This document shows positions 15,992 through 26,120 of a stretch of 41,315 bases of DNA, piece by piece. Both the position numbers and the translations under genes were made by a program. Source of the stretch: a virus (lineage: Duplodnaviria > Caudoviricetes); IMG/VR virus record IMGVR_UViG_3300030433_002981, positions 1 to 41,315 of that record; one strand, 5' to 3'. A model generated the notes under the pieces. That model was not told the origin of the DNA, did no database searches, and was given only the letters and a program-made list of their open reading frames with translations. The first letter of the stretch is position 1. Each line of letters begins with the position of its first letter.

Positions 15992-16353
15992 GCCCACTCT
16001 CGTGGGTCTTTGACGATCAGTATCTTGAGGCCAGGGTAGAGGGCTTCGACAAGCTTCTTCTTGAGCGTGAACACTTGAGTGATGATGCCCTTGGTGTCCT
16101 CTACCACCACCTCGCCATCGCGCTTGTATCGAAAGTCCGCAACGTATGAGCAGATCTTTTTGTCCTCACCCTCAACGGTGATCACGCACGGGAAGTCTAC
16201 CTGGACCTCAAGATCAGTGATCTCACCAGCTTCCTCATGACGCTTGAGTATCTTGTATCGAGCAGCCTCAAGCTTTGAGTCAAACACGATCCCATCGTAT
16301 TCAACTCTCTTTGCAAAGTACTTGCTCTTCTTCGGGGCTCGTTTGGGAATCAC
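15988..16353 (-). CDS. DUF1064-family PD-(D/E)XK endonuclease (putative resolvase)
   Basis: SKY.AKR.EYDGI.FDSKLEA, YVADF.Y, VEDTKG. Confidence 0.85.
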   Translation of the reverse strand: MIPKRAPKKSKYFAKRVEYDGIVFDSKLEAARYKILKRHEEAGEITDLEVQVDFPCVITVEGEDKKICSYVADFRYKRDGEVVVEDTKGIITQVFTLKKKLVEALYPGLKILIVKDPREWA

Positions 16354-16354
16354 G

Positions 16355-19300
16355 TTAGCTTCCGCCTAGTAGTTTCTCTTCTTCTTGTTGGCGTAAGAAT
16401 TGTACCGCCCTTTGAAACAAACTGAGATCCTGAGGAGCAGATGGTGGCGTAGGCGATGTGCTAGGCTGTGTAGGCGCTGTTTGAGGCGCAGGCTGTGGTG
16501 GTGGTGCAGGTTGCAAAGCCTCCGCTCTAGCGGCTTGTGCTTCTGCTTCAGCCTGTGGTCTAAATGGAGCACCCTGGAACTTTCCGAATTGTTCTCCAAG
16601 CGCACCAAAATCTAGTGGATTAGAGAGCTTATCTTCATTTCCTCTCAGAGCGAGCGATATAGTCTCTTTACTCGGAAAGAATGCGTTGAATCTGCCTGAC
16701 ATGACCATGCCAAGGTTTGGTGTTTTGGCTTCTCTTAAAGGTCTGATGATTTCATCTGTCGATAAACCAAGAGTCTTTGCATCTTCAATGGCCATATTTA
16801 AATCACGCAACGCCTTAAATCTCTGCTCGTTTGCAGTGATAAATGCTTTTGTTGTTGTTTCAGCGTCAACATTTCCACGTTGTTTCGCAACTTGATTGAA
16901 AATGCCAGCGGCATCACGCACGTTTCTCGCGGCTTCAAGGGCTCGATAATACAAAACTCTTTCAGTTCGCGGCTTGATACTTTTTACCCCGGTTAGAGCT
17001 TCTGTAAATTCTTGTGCTGGATCTAGTCGATAACCTTGCCTGTTCACGCCAAGCTTCTCGTTTCCTGTTACGACAGAGGCAACTGCTTTTGGTAAGTCTC
17101 TCATCCTAACGTCTAGATAACCCGGTGCTATTGAGTCTGCAGATGTGGTGACATCAACAGGAAGAAAGCCCGGTGTGATGCCGTCTGCAAGGTGAGCAAA
17201 ACTTTTACCAAGCTTCATGCCTAGCGGGTCAGTCTCATTGTAGATTGGACGATTAAAGGTGGTTCTGTTTCTGGTCAAGTCAAATAGCTTTTCTGTGATG
17301 ATCGACTCACTCATGAACGGTGAAAAGAACTCACCTGTTGATTCAGTCGCTGCATTCAAAGCTATCTTGCTGAGCTCCTCTTCTTTTGTGATGCCATTGT
17401 TCACTGCGTTGAACACCGCAGCAGCTGGTCGCCCCACATAATCATAAGGATTGGTGTAGGAGAAGTTGTAGAAGTCAGTGACCTTGCCATTTTTATCAGT
17501 GGCTAAAGGTATGAGCGTTGAGTTTCTATCCCACTCTGCAGCCATCGAGCGTTTGTAAGCATCAATCTGGTCTTGATTAGCGCCAGTCAACAACGTTCCT
17601 GCTGTGACCAGAGATGCTGGTATGGCCGCATTTACCGATATGATTCCAGTCAATCGCTTCATGCCTATCTCACGAAGCTCTGGCGATTCGCTACCAAGCT
17701 CTTTGATGCTGCGCCCAAGAATATTGCCTGTTGTTCTGATCATCTCAGCGGGGAAAGCAACGAAGTTACCAAAGGGTAATTGACGCAAACGCTTGATAGC
17801 TTCTGGAACACGAGCATAGTTAGGAACTGTATCCTTAACTATTTCAGCAGCTTCTCTCTTCATAGCGACTTGAAGTTGTTTTGGCGTTAGCTCAGATGGC
17901 CTTATGACTGGTCCAAACTCTGTGAAGTTTCTGGGATCAGAGACAGGAATCGCTACATTTGGATTTCTTTCAACTATGTTTTTTAAACGACCACGTTCCA
18001 TCTCGTAGCTGTATGTTTTCCACACATCATCAGAAGCTTGGTAGAGCTTTGCGGCAAAGCTGTTTTGTAAGCTTTGAGTTCTTTTAAACAGTCTTTTCCC
18101 TACACCAGATCCAAGGCCAGTTCCCTCTGCCGCATCATTGAGCAATGACTCAAACTCTCCAATCTTGGCGTTGGTATTGATTACGCCTAGGTCAACGAGT
18201 TCGTTGTAGTACTTTTGTCTTTCAGCCAACGTGGTGTTTGCTTTACCAGGGCCCGTTAGTCTCTGGTTAAGATTGCTGAATATGGTTGAAACGGAGTTAG
18301 CGAGCGACTTTCCACCACCCACGTTGCCATTTGCAAGAGCAAAGAAGCCAGCGGTTGTTGCGTTCCTGATCTGTGTGATTGGGCTGTAAACAGTTTTAGC
18401 TATTTGCGAAAGACCCTTGACTCCAAGGAATGTGGAGTAAAGAGGTATGCCGCCCTTGGAAAGATCAAATATATCAGCGCCGCCCTCTAGCGCAGCTTTG
18501 TATTCATTCTTTACATACTTGCCCGCGAGAGGCCCAAATCTAGCTTTTTGAGCATCTGTTATTTCGCCAAGAGGGTTGCCTGCTTCTGCACCTATTCTTG
18601 AATATTCGCCAAGGCGAGCGTTTGGTGGGATCGTATCAAGTATAAATTTTGCGTCATCTGAGAGCTTGTTGTTGTAACGCATTAAGTTTTTGTAGTATTC
18701 ATCCTTGGCAATGTGTTTTGACATGACATCAACTGTTTCAACCATCTTGGTTCGTAGACCAAGCTCTTGTTCTGCCACATCTCTAGTTCTTATCAAGCCA
18801 GGCTCAACACGGCCAATCACATCTTTTGCGCCTGTATATTCACCCAAGAAATCTCTAACAGCAGGAAGGTTGTCTAACCTTCTGTCTTTCAACATGCCTT
18901 GAGAAACACCTTTTAAGGTAGGTATGTCAGCAACGTCTTTAGGTCTCATTTGAGCGTTGTTGAAGTTACCTTGAATCATGCTGTTCAAAAGCTCTCTAGC
19001 TTCAGATTCATTTAACTTAGATGCTTGATCTAAACCTTCGCTGGATTTTACTAACTCTTTGACGGCAAGATCAGCTTGCTCTGCTGTAGGAGAATAGTTT
19101 GCGTCTTTCAGTGCGCGATAAAGACGCATGCCATAGAAAGTCTTGTTGTTACCTATAGTATCAACCAATGCCTTTTTTACTTTTTCGTCATGAAAACCAT
19201 CCTCTACTATTTTCCTTATAGAAACACTTAATCCATCGATTTGCTCTCGTAGATCACTTGCGCCATCAAACAAACTTAGGTCTTTTCTATTACCGAACAA

Positions 19301-20395
19301 AGTTTTAGGCGTGTTCTGAGCGATGATTTGATCTATTTCTTTTAGCTTCTTCTCTGCGTTGAGTTGAACCACTTCTCTTTTTACACCCGGTTTCATCCCA
19401 GTGGTGTTTGCAAATAGAAAATCATTCAACGTATCAAGCACTTGTGACTTGTCCTGATCGTTAAACAAGCCTTCGTTCTTGTTGACGAAGGTCAGCGCGT
19501 TTTCCATCTTTTCAACAGCTTGCCTAGCAGCAGAGTTTTGAGCAGATATTTGAGTTAAACGCATCTCGTCGTACTGTTTGGTAAACCTGTCAGGCAAACT
19601 ACCTTGTTGAGTTAAGAACCTGCGTCCCACCTTTCCTAAACGTTCTAAGTTTTTTTGTATGAACGTAGGGTCTTCAAGGTCAGGCTTTACACCGACTGAA
19701 CTAAACGGTGTCTCTGGATCACGAATGGCTCTTGCAGCCTCTTTGGCAAAGTCAGTTCTGCCTATGGCTTCAATGCCTGCGCCCACAGACTTAGCTCCAA
19801 GCTTAGCTATGGCGGGAACACCAAGGACGATAGCTGCACCTTCTGCACCTACACGCAGACGATTGGAGAGATTGGCTGCAGCCCGCTCAGCGCCGTCTAA
19901 ATCAGAGGTGTCTATTCTTTTGGTAGGACCAGCGTCAAAAAAGTCGCCAAGCGTTTCAACATCAGGCGTAGTCGCTGCTATGTCTGCAGCAACTGTGGCG
20001 GCTATTTTTCCTGGAGCAGTAAGTGCTTTTGCTGCTTTAACTGCTGCGCCGCCGGGAGCAGCAAACTGAGCGATAAATCTTGCCGCTTTGCCAAGCTCAG
20101 TTGATGTCTCAGGTTTATATTTAGCGAAGAAGTCTCGTATCTGCTGAGCATCTTCTTCAGATCCAGCAAGTTCAAAGGGTAACGTAGATATGCCCTCAGC
20201 TGCGCTGACAAGACCGGCACCCACTCCGCGAAGCACATCTCCTGTTGCAGATATGTCTTCTTCGCCTAGCTGTGCGCCACGCTCAATTGGTGGGTTCTCA
20301 GCAGCCCATTCAGCAGCTCTGCGTGCAGCATATTCTGGATCATTGGTGCGAACATTTACTGTTCTCCCGCTTCCATCGGGCACTGCCACTATCAT
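16355..20395 (-). CDS. Large internal virion / DNA ejection protein
   Basis: 1346 aa, largely helical, last of three large genes after the tail module as in podoviruses; the function is a positional inference. Confidence 0.65.
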   Translation of the reverse strand: MIVAVPDGSGRTVNVRTNDPEYAARRAAEWAAENPPIERGAQLGEEDISATGDVLRGVGAGLVSAAEGISTLPFELAGSEEDAQQIRDFFAKYKPETSTELGKAARFIAQFAAPGGAAVKAAKALTAPGKIAATVAADIAATTPDVETLGDFFDAGPTKRIDTSDLDGAERAAANLSNRLRVGAEGAAIVLGVPAIAKLGAKSVGAGIEAIGRTDFAKEAARAIRDPETPFSSVGVKPDLEDPTFIQKNLERLGKVGRRFLTQQGSLPDRFTKQYDEMRLTQISAQNSAARQAVEKMENALTFVNKNEGLFNDQDKSQVLDTLNDFLFANTTGMKPGVKREVVQLNAEKKLKEIDQIIAQNTPKTLFGNRKDLSLFDGASDLREQIDGLSVSIRKIVEDGFHDEKVKKALVDTIGNNKTFYGMRLYRALKDANYSPTAEQADLAVKELVKSSEGLDQASKLNESEARELLNSMIQGNFNNAQMRPKDVADIPTLKGVSQGMLKDRRLDNLPAVRDFLGEYTGAKDVIGRVEPGLIRTRDVAEQELGLRTKMVETVDVMSKHIAKDEYYKNLMRYNNKLSDDAKFILDTIPPNARLGEYSRIGAEAGNPLGEITDAQKARFGPLAGKYVKNEYKAALEGGADIFDLSKGGIPLYSTFLGVKGLSQIAKTVYSPITQIRNATTAGFFALANGNVGGGKSLANSVSTIFSNLNQRLTGPGKANTTLAERQKYYNELVDLGVINTNAKIGEFESLLNDAAEGTGLGSGVGKRLFKRTQSLQNSFAAKLYQASDDVWKTYSYEMERGRLKNIVERNPNVAIPVSDPRNFTEFGPVIRPSELTPKQLQVAMKREAAEIVKDTVPNYARVPEAIKRLRQLPFGNFVAFPAEMIRTTGNILGRSIKELGSESPELREIGMKRLTGIISVNAAIPASLVTAGTLLTGANQDQIDAYKRSMAAEWDRNSTLIPLATDKNGKVTDFYNFSYTNPYDYVGRPAAAVFNAVNNGITKEEELSKIALNAATESTGEFFSPFMSESIITEKLFDLTRNRTTFNRPIYNETDPLGMKLGKSFAHLADGITPGFLPVDVTTSADSIAPGYLDVRMRDLPKAVASVVTGNEKLGVNRQGYRLDPAQEFTEALTGVKSIKPRTERVLYYRALEAARNVRDAAGIFNQVAKQRGNVDAETTTKAFITANEQRFKALRDLNMAIEDAKTLGLSTDEIIRPLREAKTPNLGMVMSGRFNAFFPSKETISLALRGNEDKLSNPLDFGALGEQFGKFQGAPFRPQAEAEAQAARAEALQPAPPPQPAPQTAPTQPSTSPTPPSAPQDLSLFQRAVQFLRQQEEEKLLGGS

Positions 20396-21642
20396 TAGTC
20401 AAGATCGGCAGAAGGTTGCTGAGATTTATCAGTTATACCAAAAGTCTTCTTGTCCTCATCAGTTAATTCATAACCAGACAACGTAGCGAATCTTAGAATA
20501 TCTTCTGGGCTTGTCCTACCAGATGCTTGTCCCACCTGAAAGAGAGATATAAATTGCTCTCTAGGAGTTTCTCCACCAGACAATCTATCAATTATCTCTT
20601 TTGGAGATAGATCAGTGTTTTCTCTTAAAAATTCGTAATTACGCATTAACGCAGTATCGTCTTCTCTATCAGCCTCAAGAGTCTTGTATTGCTCTCTACC
20701 GATGATGAAATCACTCAAGGCGTTACGAGGCACGAATCCCTCTGTTGGTTGAGCGGCTACTGCAAGTCCGTACTGAGTCGCTGGATCAGAATAAAATTCA
20801 CGCAACCTTTCACCTGTATCGCGGAACATGTCTAAAAAGGTTCTTTCCTTTGTCCCGCCACCATCATCGCCTCCAGTTTCTTCAGGTCCAGGCTCAGTGA
20901 TTTGCTTGCCTTCTTCGTCTTCACCGATTAGCGCAGGTGTCCCAAGGCCTAATGCAGTTATTCCTGCGGCGGCAGATTTTTTAGGATTGCGCCTGATGGC
21001 AGAGGCCATTCGGCCACCCATGATTCCAGCGCCAGCCGCTGTTCCTGTAGCCGCTGCACCCGTAGCCGCTGCTGGGGCAGCAGGTATTCCAGGCAGGACC
21101 ATTTGAGCATCATCAGCTTTATCTGCCGTCTTTGCAGCTTTTGCAGCTTGAGACATTCTTCTTGCGGCCATCAGACCCCTAGCTGTAAAACCAAGCAGGC
21201 CAGCGCCAAGAGGCACAGTAAGAGCCATCAATGTGCTTTGAACTGGAGCATCTGTATCAAATAAAAGACCGCCTGGACCAAATAACTGATCGACAAGTTC
21301 TTCTTCGGTGCCTGTTGCAACAATCTCATCTTCATCATCATCTTGAGCGGCTTTTGATCGACCTCCAACAACGAGGTCACCTTCCGCATACCCACGAATA
21401 GGCGCAATGCCAGCCATGATGCCGCCACCCTCACGCATCTGTGGTGTTTGGAACATTGGCCTGTTCATGATTTCGTTATACATCATGCCACCTTGATTCA
21501 TCGCGTTTGCTTCTGACAGCGCAATCGCTATCGCTTGCTTTGGATTTGTTACCTTTCTACCCGAACCGCCAGACTTGAGAGTTCCTTCTTTGAACTCTCC
21601 CATCACCTTACTAATCTTTTTCTCACGCTTGGTTTTGCTCAC
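20395..21642 (-). CDS. Putative ejection protein with an N-terminal DUF6496-like basic segment
   Basis: KISKVMGEFKEGTLKSGGSGRKVTNPKQAIAIALSEA N-terminus; hydrophobic Gly/Ala stretches. Confidence 0.6.
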   Translation of the reverse strand: MSKTKREKKISKVMGEFKEGTLKSGGSGRKVTNPKQAIAIALSEANAMNQGGMMYNEIMNRPMFQTPQMREGGGIMAGIAPIRGYAEGDLVVGGRSKAAQDDDEDEIVATGTEEELVDQLFGPGGLLFDTDAPVQSTLMALTVPLGAGLLGFTARGLMAARRMSQAAKAAKTADKADDAQMVLPGIPAAPAAATGAAATGTAAGAGIMGGRMASAIRRNPKKSAAAGITALGLGTPALIGEDEEGKQITEPGPEETGGDDGGGTKERTFLDMFRDTGERLREFYSDPATQYGLAVAAQPTEGFVPRNALSDFIIGREQYKTLEADREDDTALMRNYEFLRENTDLSPKEIIDRLSGGETPREQFISLFQVGQASGRTSPEDILRFATLSGYELTDEDKKTFGITDKSQQPSADLD

Positions 21643-23297
21643 GATCCTCCACTCGTAAACGGCGTCAAGAAGCTAAGAGCAGCAGCACCTCTAGTAAATG
21701 CATTTGGTTTTTGATAAGCGCCTATGCCTTGTTGACCTGTTTGGAAGCCGCTAGAGAATGTAGGCATGAAAGGTTGACCTTGCCCAAGCACCTGGAATCC
21801 TCTTTGCAGTCTCATGAACGGCTCGTCTGCTTGTTGTGTTGCAGCTTGATACTCAGCGCCAAACGCTCGATCTTGTATTCCTCTACCAATTCCACCAAGG
21901 TCTGACAACGTGCCAATCTGATTTCTCAACATATCAAAGCCTTGTTGGCCTAATCCTGCGATGCCTGCTGCGCCTGCTCGCATTCCTTGTTGACCGGCTT
22001 GAAATGCGCTTAACGCATCACCCATGGCTCCACGAGTTAGTCTGTCCATCCCTCCAGCAGCGCCTTGCATACGAGCCATCTGGTCGCCAAATATGCCAGA
22101 ACCAAGCTGTTGAGCAGATTGAAAATCTCTACCTAAGCCCGCACCTATGTCAGCTTGTCGGCCTAAAAGAGAGCCGATACCTTGCAGACCAGACAATCCA
22201 AGCTGCCCACCTTCAAGTGCGCCACGCTGAGCTAGTTGTTCTGCGCTCAAGCCTAAATCAGCGGCTCTCCCAGCAGCAGTTATACCTGTTTGAGCGCCTG
22301 CTTGGCCAAGCTGACCTGTAAGCTGAGCAGCTTGCTGCCTGCGTGCCTGCGCTTGCTCAAACGCCTGTTGTGCGGCTTGTTGAGCCTGCTGAAACCCTTG
22401 TGATCTTAATTCTGCCCCAGTTCTAGCTTGTTGCTCTAACGTGTTTCTATCTATCTCTGCTTGAGCTATTGCTGCACGAGAGCCACCAAACGCGCCTGCT
22501 CCTATGGCTTGGTCGCCAGCAGCTAGTTTTTGTTTTTCACCAAGGCGGGCTATCTCCGCTTGCTGAGCATCGATAACATTTTGAGTGAACGGGTCCATGA
22601 AGCGGCTTACGCTTGATGGATCAAACTGCCTCCCTGTTCCTCGTAGTCGATCAATGCCCTGTCTTGCTGCACCTATACCCATTCTGCCAGCGCGACCAAG
22701 TGCTTGGCCTGCTTGACCAACTTGTCTTCTAGCGCGTCTGGTTGCTCCCATAGCGCCAGACTGAGCACCGCCAACCTGATCCATGATGCCACCTGCAGCA
22801 TCACCTATGCCGCCAGCAGCACCCATTTGCATAGCTCTGGCGCCTTGATCCATAAACTGCGAACCCATGCGCGGGTCATAAGCACCGATACTTTGTTCAT
22901 ACAATTGACGAGCTCTAGGGTCTGCAAACATACCTGCAGATCTTGGATCAAAACCCTGTGAAGCTTGCCGAAACATGTCTTGCGCTTCGGAAAGTTGTTG
23001 ACCAAAACCACCAAGGCCTTGACTCAAGTTGCGTGCTTGAACTTCTAGTGGCGAAAGACCAGCCACCTGGCGAACTGGTATTGGGATGGGCTGAGTTATC
23101 ATCCCTGTTTGAGGATTAAGATATAAATCCATCAAGTTTCGTGCAGCAAGCTCTGATGCTGGATCAGCAGAGGTAAACTGCATGCTTGGCTGAACTACCG
23201 GGACAGACTCATCGTATGTCTTGGTCTTGCTGCCTTTTGCAGCGCCAACCGCTTGAGCGCCCGCAGCTATGAATGGAAGTGCTGCAAAAATTGACAT
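21639..23297 (-). CDS. Gln/Gly/Ala-rich DNA pilot / ejection protein
   Basis: FMDPFTQNVID...AGAFGGSR motif and Q/A-rich helices typical of podovirus ejection proteins. Confidence 0.7.
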   Translation of the reverse strand: MSIFAALPFIAAGAQAVGAAKGSKTKTYDESVPVVQPSMQFTSADPASELAARNLMDLYLNPQTGMITQPIPIPVRQVAGLSPLEVQARNLSQGLGGFGQQLSEAQDMFRQASQGFDPRSAGMFADPRARQLYEQSIGAYDPRMGSQFMDQGARAMQMGAAGGIGDAAGGIMDQVGGAQSGAMGATRRARRQVGQAGQALGRAGRMGIGAARQGIDRLRGTGRQFDPSSVSRFMDPFTQNVIDAQQAEIARLGEKQKLAAGDQAIGAGAFGGSRAAIAQAEIDRNTLEQQARTGAELRSQGFQQAQQAAQQAFEQAQARRQQAAQLTGQLGQAGAQTGITAAGRAADLGLSAEQLAQRGALEGGQLGLSGLQGIGSLLGRQADIGAGLGRDFQSAQQLGSGIFGDQMARMQGAAGGMDRLTRGAMGDALSAFQAGQQGMRAGAAGIAGLGQQGFDMLRNQIGTLSDLGGIGRGIQDRAFGAEYQAATQQADEPFMRLQRGFQVLGQGQPFMPTFSSGFQTGQQGIGAYQKPNAFTRGAAALSFLTPFTSGGS

Positions 23298-24382
23298 TAC
23301 GCTTTCCTCATGGCTTGTTCGCCAGCGCGTTGTAACGCATACATCATGCGAGCACCTTCTTTGCGCTGCTCAGCTTTGGTCTTGCCAGCCCCTTTCAAGC
23401 GACCAATACCTCTGACCGCTTTTGCGTTAACAACAAACTCGCCATCACTAAGCATGGCAGGTATATCATCAGATGTTTCGGTACCTGGGCCAGAGATAGG
23501 GCCGTTCATGCGGGGGAAGTCAACGTTACCGCCTTCAGAAAACTCAGAAAACCCGCCATATTTGGGCTGAAAACCAGAGTCACCTTTTGGCTTTGTGCCC
23601 ATTCCAGAACTAGACTTGCCTTGAAGCATTTCTATAAGCTCAATTAACTCTTCACGAGTCATTGTCTTTGGATCTTTTTTCAGAAGATCTTTTTTTGTTT
23701 CTGCTTTTGCTTGATTGGCACGGTAATTTTCCATACCTTTTTCTAAAAACCCACCAATACCTTGAGCCGCACTTCTAATGCCAGAACCTATGCCGCTCGC
23801 TATGTTTCCTAGCGTTGACATGATGCCGCCTTCAGACATCATCATGGGATTTAAGGAGGCGATTCCCCCTCCGTACATTCCGATTGGGCCTATTTGATCA
23901 TTTATGTAATCTTCAAAGGTATCAAAAGGATCTAAACCCCTTTCCATCCTTTCGTTGTTTATTTCATCTAAAAATTCTTTCTGTCTTTTTTCAATATCAT
24001 CTGGGTCGTTTGGATCAAACTCATCAGTTTCTTCTTCAATTGTGTCTGGCACAGGGCTGCCGTCTGGGTAGACCCTTATGACCTCTGGCTGTGTGCCCTC
24101 TGGAACAAACCCAGCTGGTGGTTGAGGCTGAGTAAGTGGCCCTCCAATATTTGGTGCAGCCCTTTCATAATTGACATACTGAGCACCGGGAGTACGTTGT
24201 TGTTGAAAAGCGCCCGCATACGGATTTGGCACTCCAGTTGGAAGAAAGCTCGTAGCCCCTGCAAATCTAGGATCTAGTTGTTGAAGCTGGCTTTGAGGAA
24301 ACTGTGCAAACAGGTTAGGATTTTGTAAAACCTGCCTTGTTCTTGCCCTTAAATCTGAGCTTAACTGTTCTCGACTTACCAT
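23297..24382 (-). CDS. Internal virion protein with a GPGTxTSDxIPAxLSxGEFV motif
   Basis: The C-terminal motif is also common in tape-measure proteins; several xxGG motifs. Confidence 0.65.
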   Translation of the reverse strand: MVSREQLSSDLRARTRQVLQNPNLFAQFPQSQLQQLDPRFAGATSFLPTGVPNPYAGAFQQQRTPGAQYVNYERAAPNIGGPLTQPQPPAGFVPEGTQPEVIRVYPDGSPVPDTIEEETDEFDPNDPDDIEKRQKEFLDEINNERMERGLDPFDTFEDYINDQIGPIGMYGGGIASLNPMMMSEGGIMSTLGNIASGIGSGIRSAAQGIGGFLEKGMENYRANQAKAETKKDLLKKDPKTMTREELIELIEMLQGKSSSGMGTKPKGDSGFQPKYGGFSEFSEGGNVDFPRMNGPISGPGTETSDDIPAMLSDGEFVVNAKAVRGIGRLKGAGKTKAEQRKEGARMMYALQRAGEQAMRKA

Positions 24383-24709
24383 TTAACACTTCCACCTACG
24401 TCTAGCCTGTCGTAGCCTTGAGTTTGGATCTTTTGCAGCTTTGGGAAACTTCTTCATCTGCCCAGCAGATCGAGCACAAAACGACTTTCTACGCTTCGCA
24501 CGCTTCCCTTTGGGATTATCTTCCGTCACTGCTGTCTGGAGTTTACTACCAGGATTTGCCTTACGATAGGCCTTTACACCAGCTTCTGTCATGCCTGCGC
24601 CCTCTTTTGTAGGGCGAAAGTTCTTCTTGTTACGCTTCGGCATCTTGTCGCGCTTTCGTTTGCGCACTGCGCCACCGTTTGAAAACTCTTCGGCATAACG
24701 TTTAAACAT
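24383..24709 (-). CDS. Small basic protein (DUF6321-like)
   Basis: GMTEAGVKAYRKANPGSKL...RRKSFCARS...SRLRQARRRWKC. Confidence 0.7.
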   Translation of the reverse strand: MFKRYAEEFSNGGAVRKRKRDKMPKRNKKNFRPTKEGAGMTEAGVKAYRKANPGSKLQTAVTEDNPKGKRAKRRKSFCARSAGQMKKFPKAAKDPNSRLRQARRRWKC

Positions 24710-25050
24710 TACGAATACCTTGTTTTCTTGCGACGATCAGACATGACGGCACCACAGCCTCTATGGTTGCGACGAACTTCGCCTCCACTGGCTTTCTTAA
24801 TTATGGTTTTCACATTGGTGGGCTTACCACCTACACCTTGTGGCTTGGCACGTTTTCGGCGCACTGCGCTACGACGCTCACCCTCAGTCATCTGTTTTGC
24901 TTTTGCCCTGGGCACGCACTTAGGGTATTTGCGCTTTGATCCTTTTACTTTGGCACGGCCACAGGCTTGGAACTTACCGTCTTTTTTTGGTGCTCCAATA
25001 TCTACCCAGTCGCCCTTTGGGCCTTTGCCAAACCACTCTGTTAGACTCAT
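24709..25050 (-). CDS. Small basic phage protein (WF..WVDI...CGR...YPKCVP family)
   Basis: Lys/Arg-rich, coupled start/stop. Confidence 0.7.
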   Translation of the reverse strand: MSLTEWFGKGPKGDWVDIGAPKKDGKFQACGRAKVKGSKRKYPKCVPRAKAKQMTEGERRSAVRRKRAKPQGVGGKPTNVKTIIKKASGGEVRRNHRGCGAVMSDRRKKTRYS

Positions 25051-25253
25051 CGTTCTTTCAACAGCTTCTTATATTTGTGTACTCTGTTTCGCGCTCTTCT
25101 TTCTAAATCTTTGTCTTTCTCTCTCAAGGCCTTGCCTACATCGCGCCTAGCTTTCATAAGATTTTTGATAAGACTGTCTTTCTTTGGCCCCTCTGGCAAA
25201 GGAGAGGTCTTATATTTCTTGCCATCTACGACAATAAAACGATTGTTTCTCAT
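25047..25253 (-). CDS. Small basic hypothetical protein
   Basis: 68 aa, ATGA overlaps, LMKARRDV...AR.RVH motif. Confidence 0.65.
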   Translation of the reverse strand: MRNNRFIVVDGKKYKTSPLPEGPKKDSLIKNLMKARRDVGKALREKDKDLERRARNRVHKYKKLLKER

Positions 25254-25534
25254 TTCTTCTTCTGAGAGTCAATAAACTGTCTATATACTTTTGCTGCGCC
25301 AGTCTTTTTTGCCACCCTTGCTCTTTGTTCCATGGCAACCGCTGCCTGTATCTTGTGAGCGTGAGTGCGGCCAGATCTTCTTATCTTAGCGACACTTGCT
25401 TTGGCATCAGCTATGGTCGCAAACTTCAGACCAGTGATCGTTCCTTTTGGATTCTCATCGGTGTAAAGGTCGCTGTGTTTTCTGCTCTTGGCAGGCTGAC
25501 CTTTTTTCCTTGGTATCCTGGGGTTGCTTCTCAT
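25250..25534 (-). CDS. Small basic protein (DLYTDENPKGTI motif)
   Basis: 94 aa, ATGA overlaps. Confidence 0.65.
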   Translation of the reverse strand: MRSNPRIPRKKGQPAKSRKHSDLYTDENPKGTITGLKFATIADAKASVAKIRRSGRTHAHKIQAAVAMEQRARVAKKTGAAKVYRQFIDSQKKK

Positions 25535-25779
25535 CGATCTATCAGTCTAGCCCTTCTCGCTATAAAGCCCCCACCCCTCACGCTTCTAATCTTCTTCGCG
25601 GCAGAGGATGTGCCACTGCTTTTTGGCTTTGGTCCTTTGAAGTCTTTTCTTTTTACGCCAGACGGATCTTTGATCTTGCCTGCACAGATCTTGCTGGCAT
25701 AGGCATTTGCGTAAGCTGATGGATATACCTTGAACTTGCGCTTAGCTGCTGCTTTACCTCTAGGGCATAGTTTTGTCAT
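25531..25779 (-). CDS. Small basic protein (PSAYAN motif)
   Basis: 82 aa, ATGA overlaps. Confidence 0.65.
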   Translation of the reverse strand: MTKLCPRGKAAAKRKFKVYPSAYANAYASKICAGKIKDPSGVKRKDFKGPKPKSSGTSSAAKKIRSVRGGGFIARRARLIDR

Positions 25780-26120
25780 GAACCTACACTCACTACTATG
25801 TTTCCGTTAGTAATCACCTGAACTGATCCGACAATCGCAGTCGCTTCAAGCGGGTCAGTCGTAAATGGCAACTCTTTAGAAAGAGTAATCCAATTGTCGC
25901 CATCATACACCTGCAACACGTTTACTGATGTGTTCCAGATCAAGTCGCCTCTATTGAACTTCAACTCATCTCTTTGTTTTCTAGTAAACAAAGGTGTTGA
26001 ATCTGGGTCAAGAGAATCAAGACTTAGTTCTAAAAGCCTGACCGTTCTGTTAAAAGTTTGCCCGTCAACAGGGTTGTTGGCGTTTACGAATGGCAAACGA
26101 CCTTGTAATACTTTGCTCAT
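25776..26120 (-). CDS. Putative tail-associated structural protein
   Basis: GDLIWNT...LQVYDG..W motif seen in fibre/needle proteins; coupled to the nozzle gene. Confidence 0.55.
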   Translation of the reverse strand: MSKVLQGRLPFVNANNPVDGQTFNRTVRLLELSLDSLDPDSTPLFTRKQRDELKFNRGDLIWNTSVNVLQVYDGDNWITLSKELPFTTDPLEATAIVGSVQVITNGNIVVSVGS

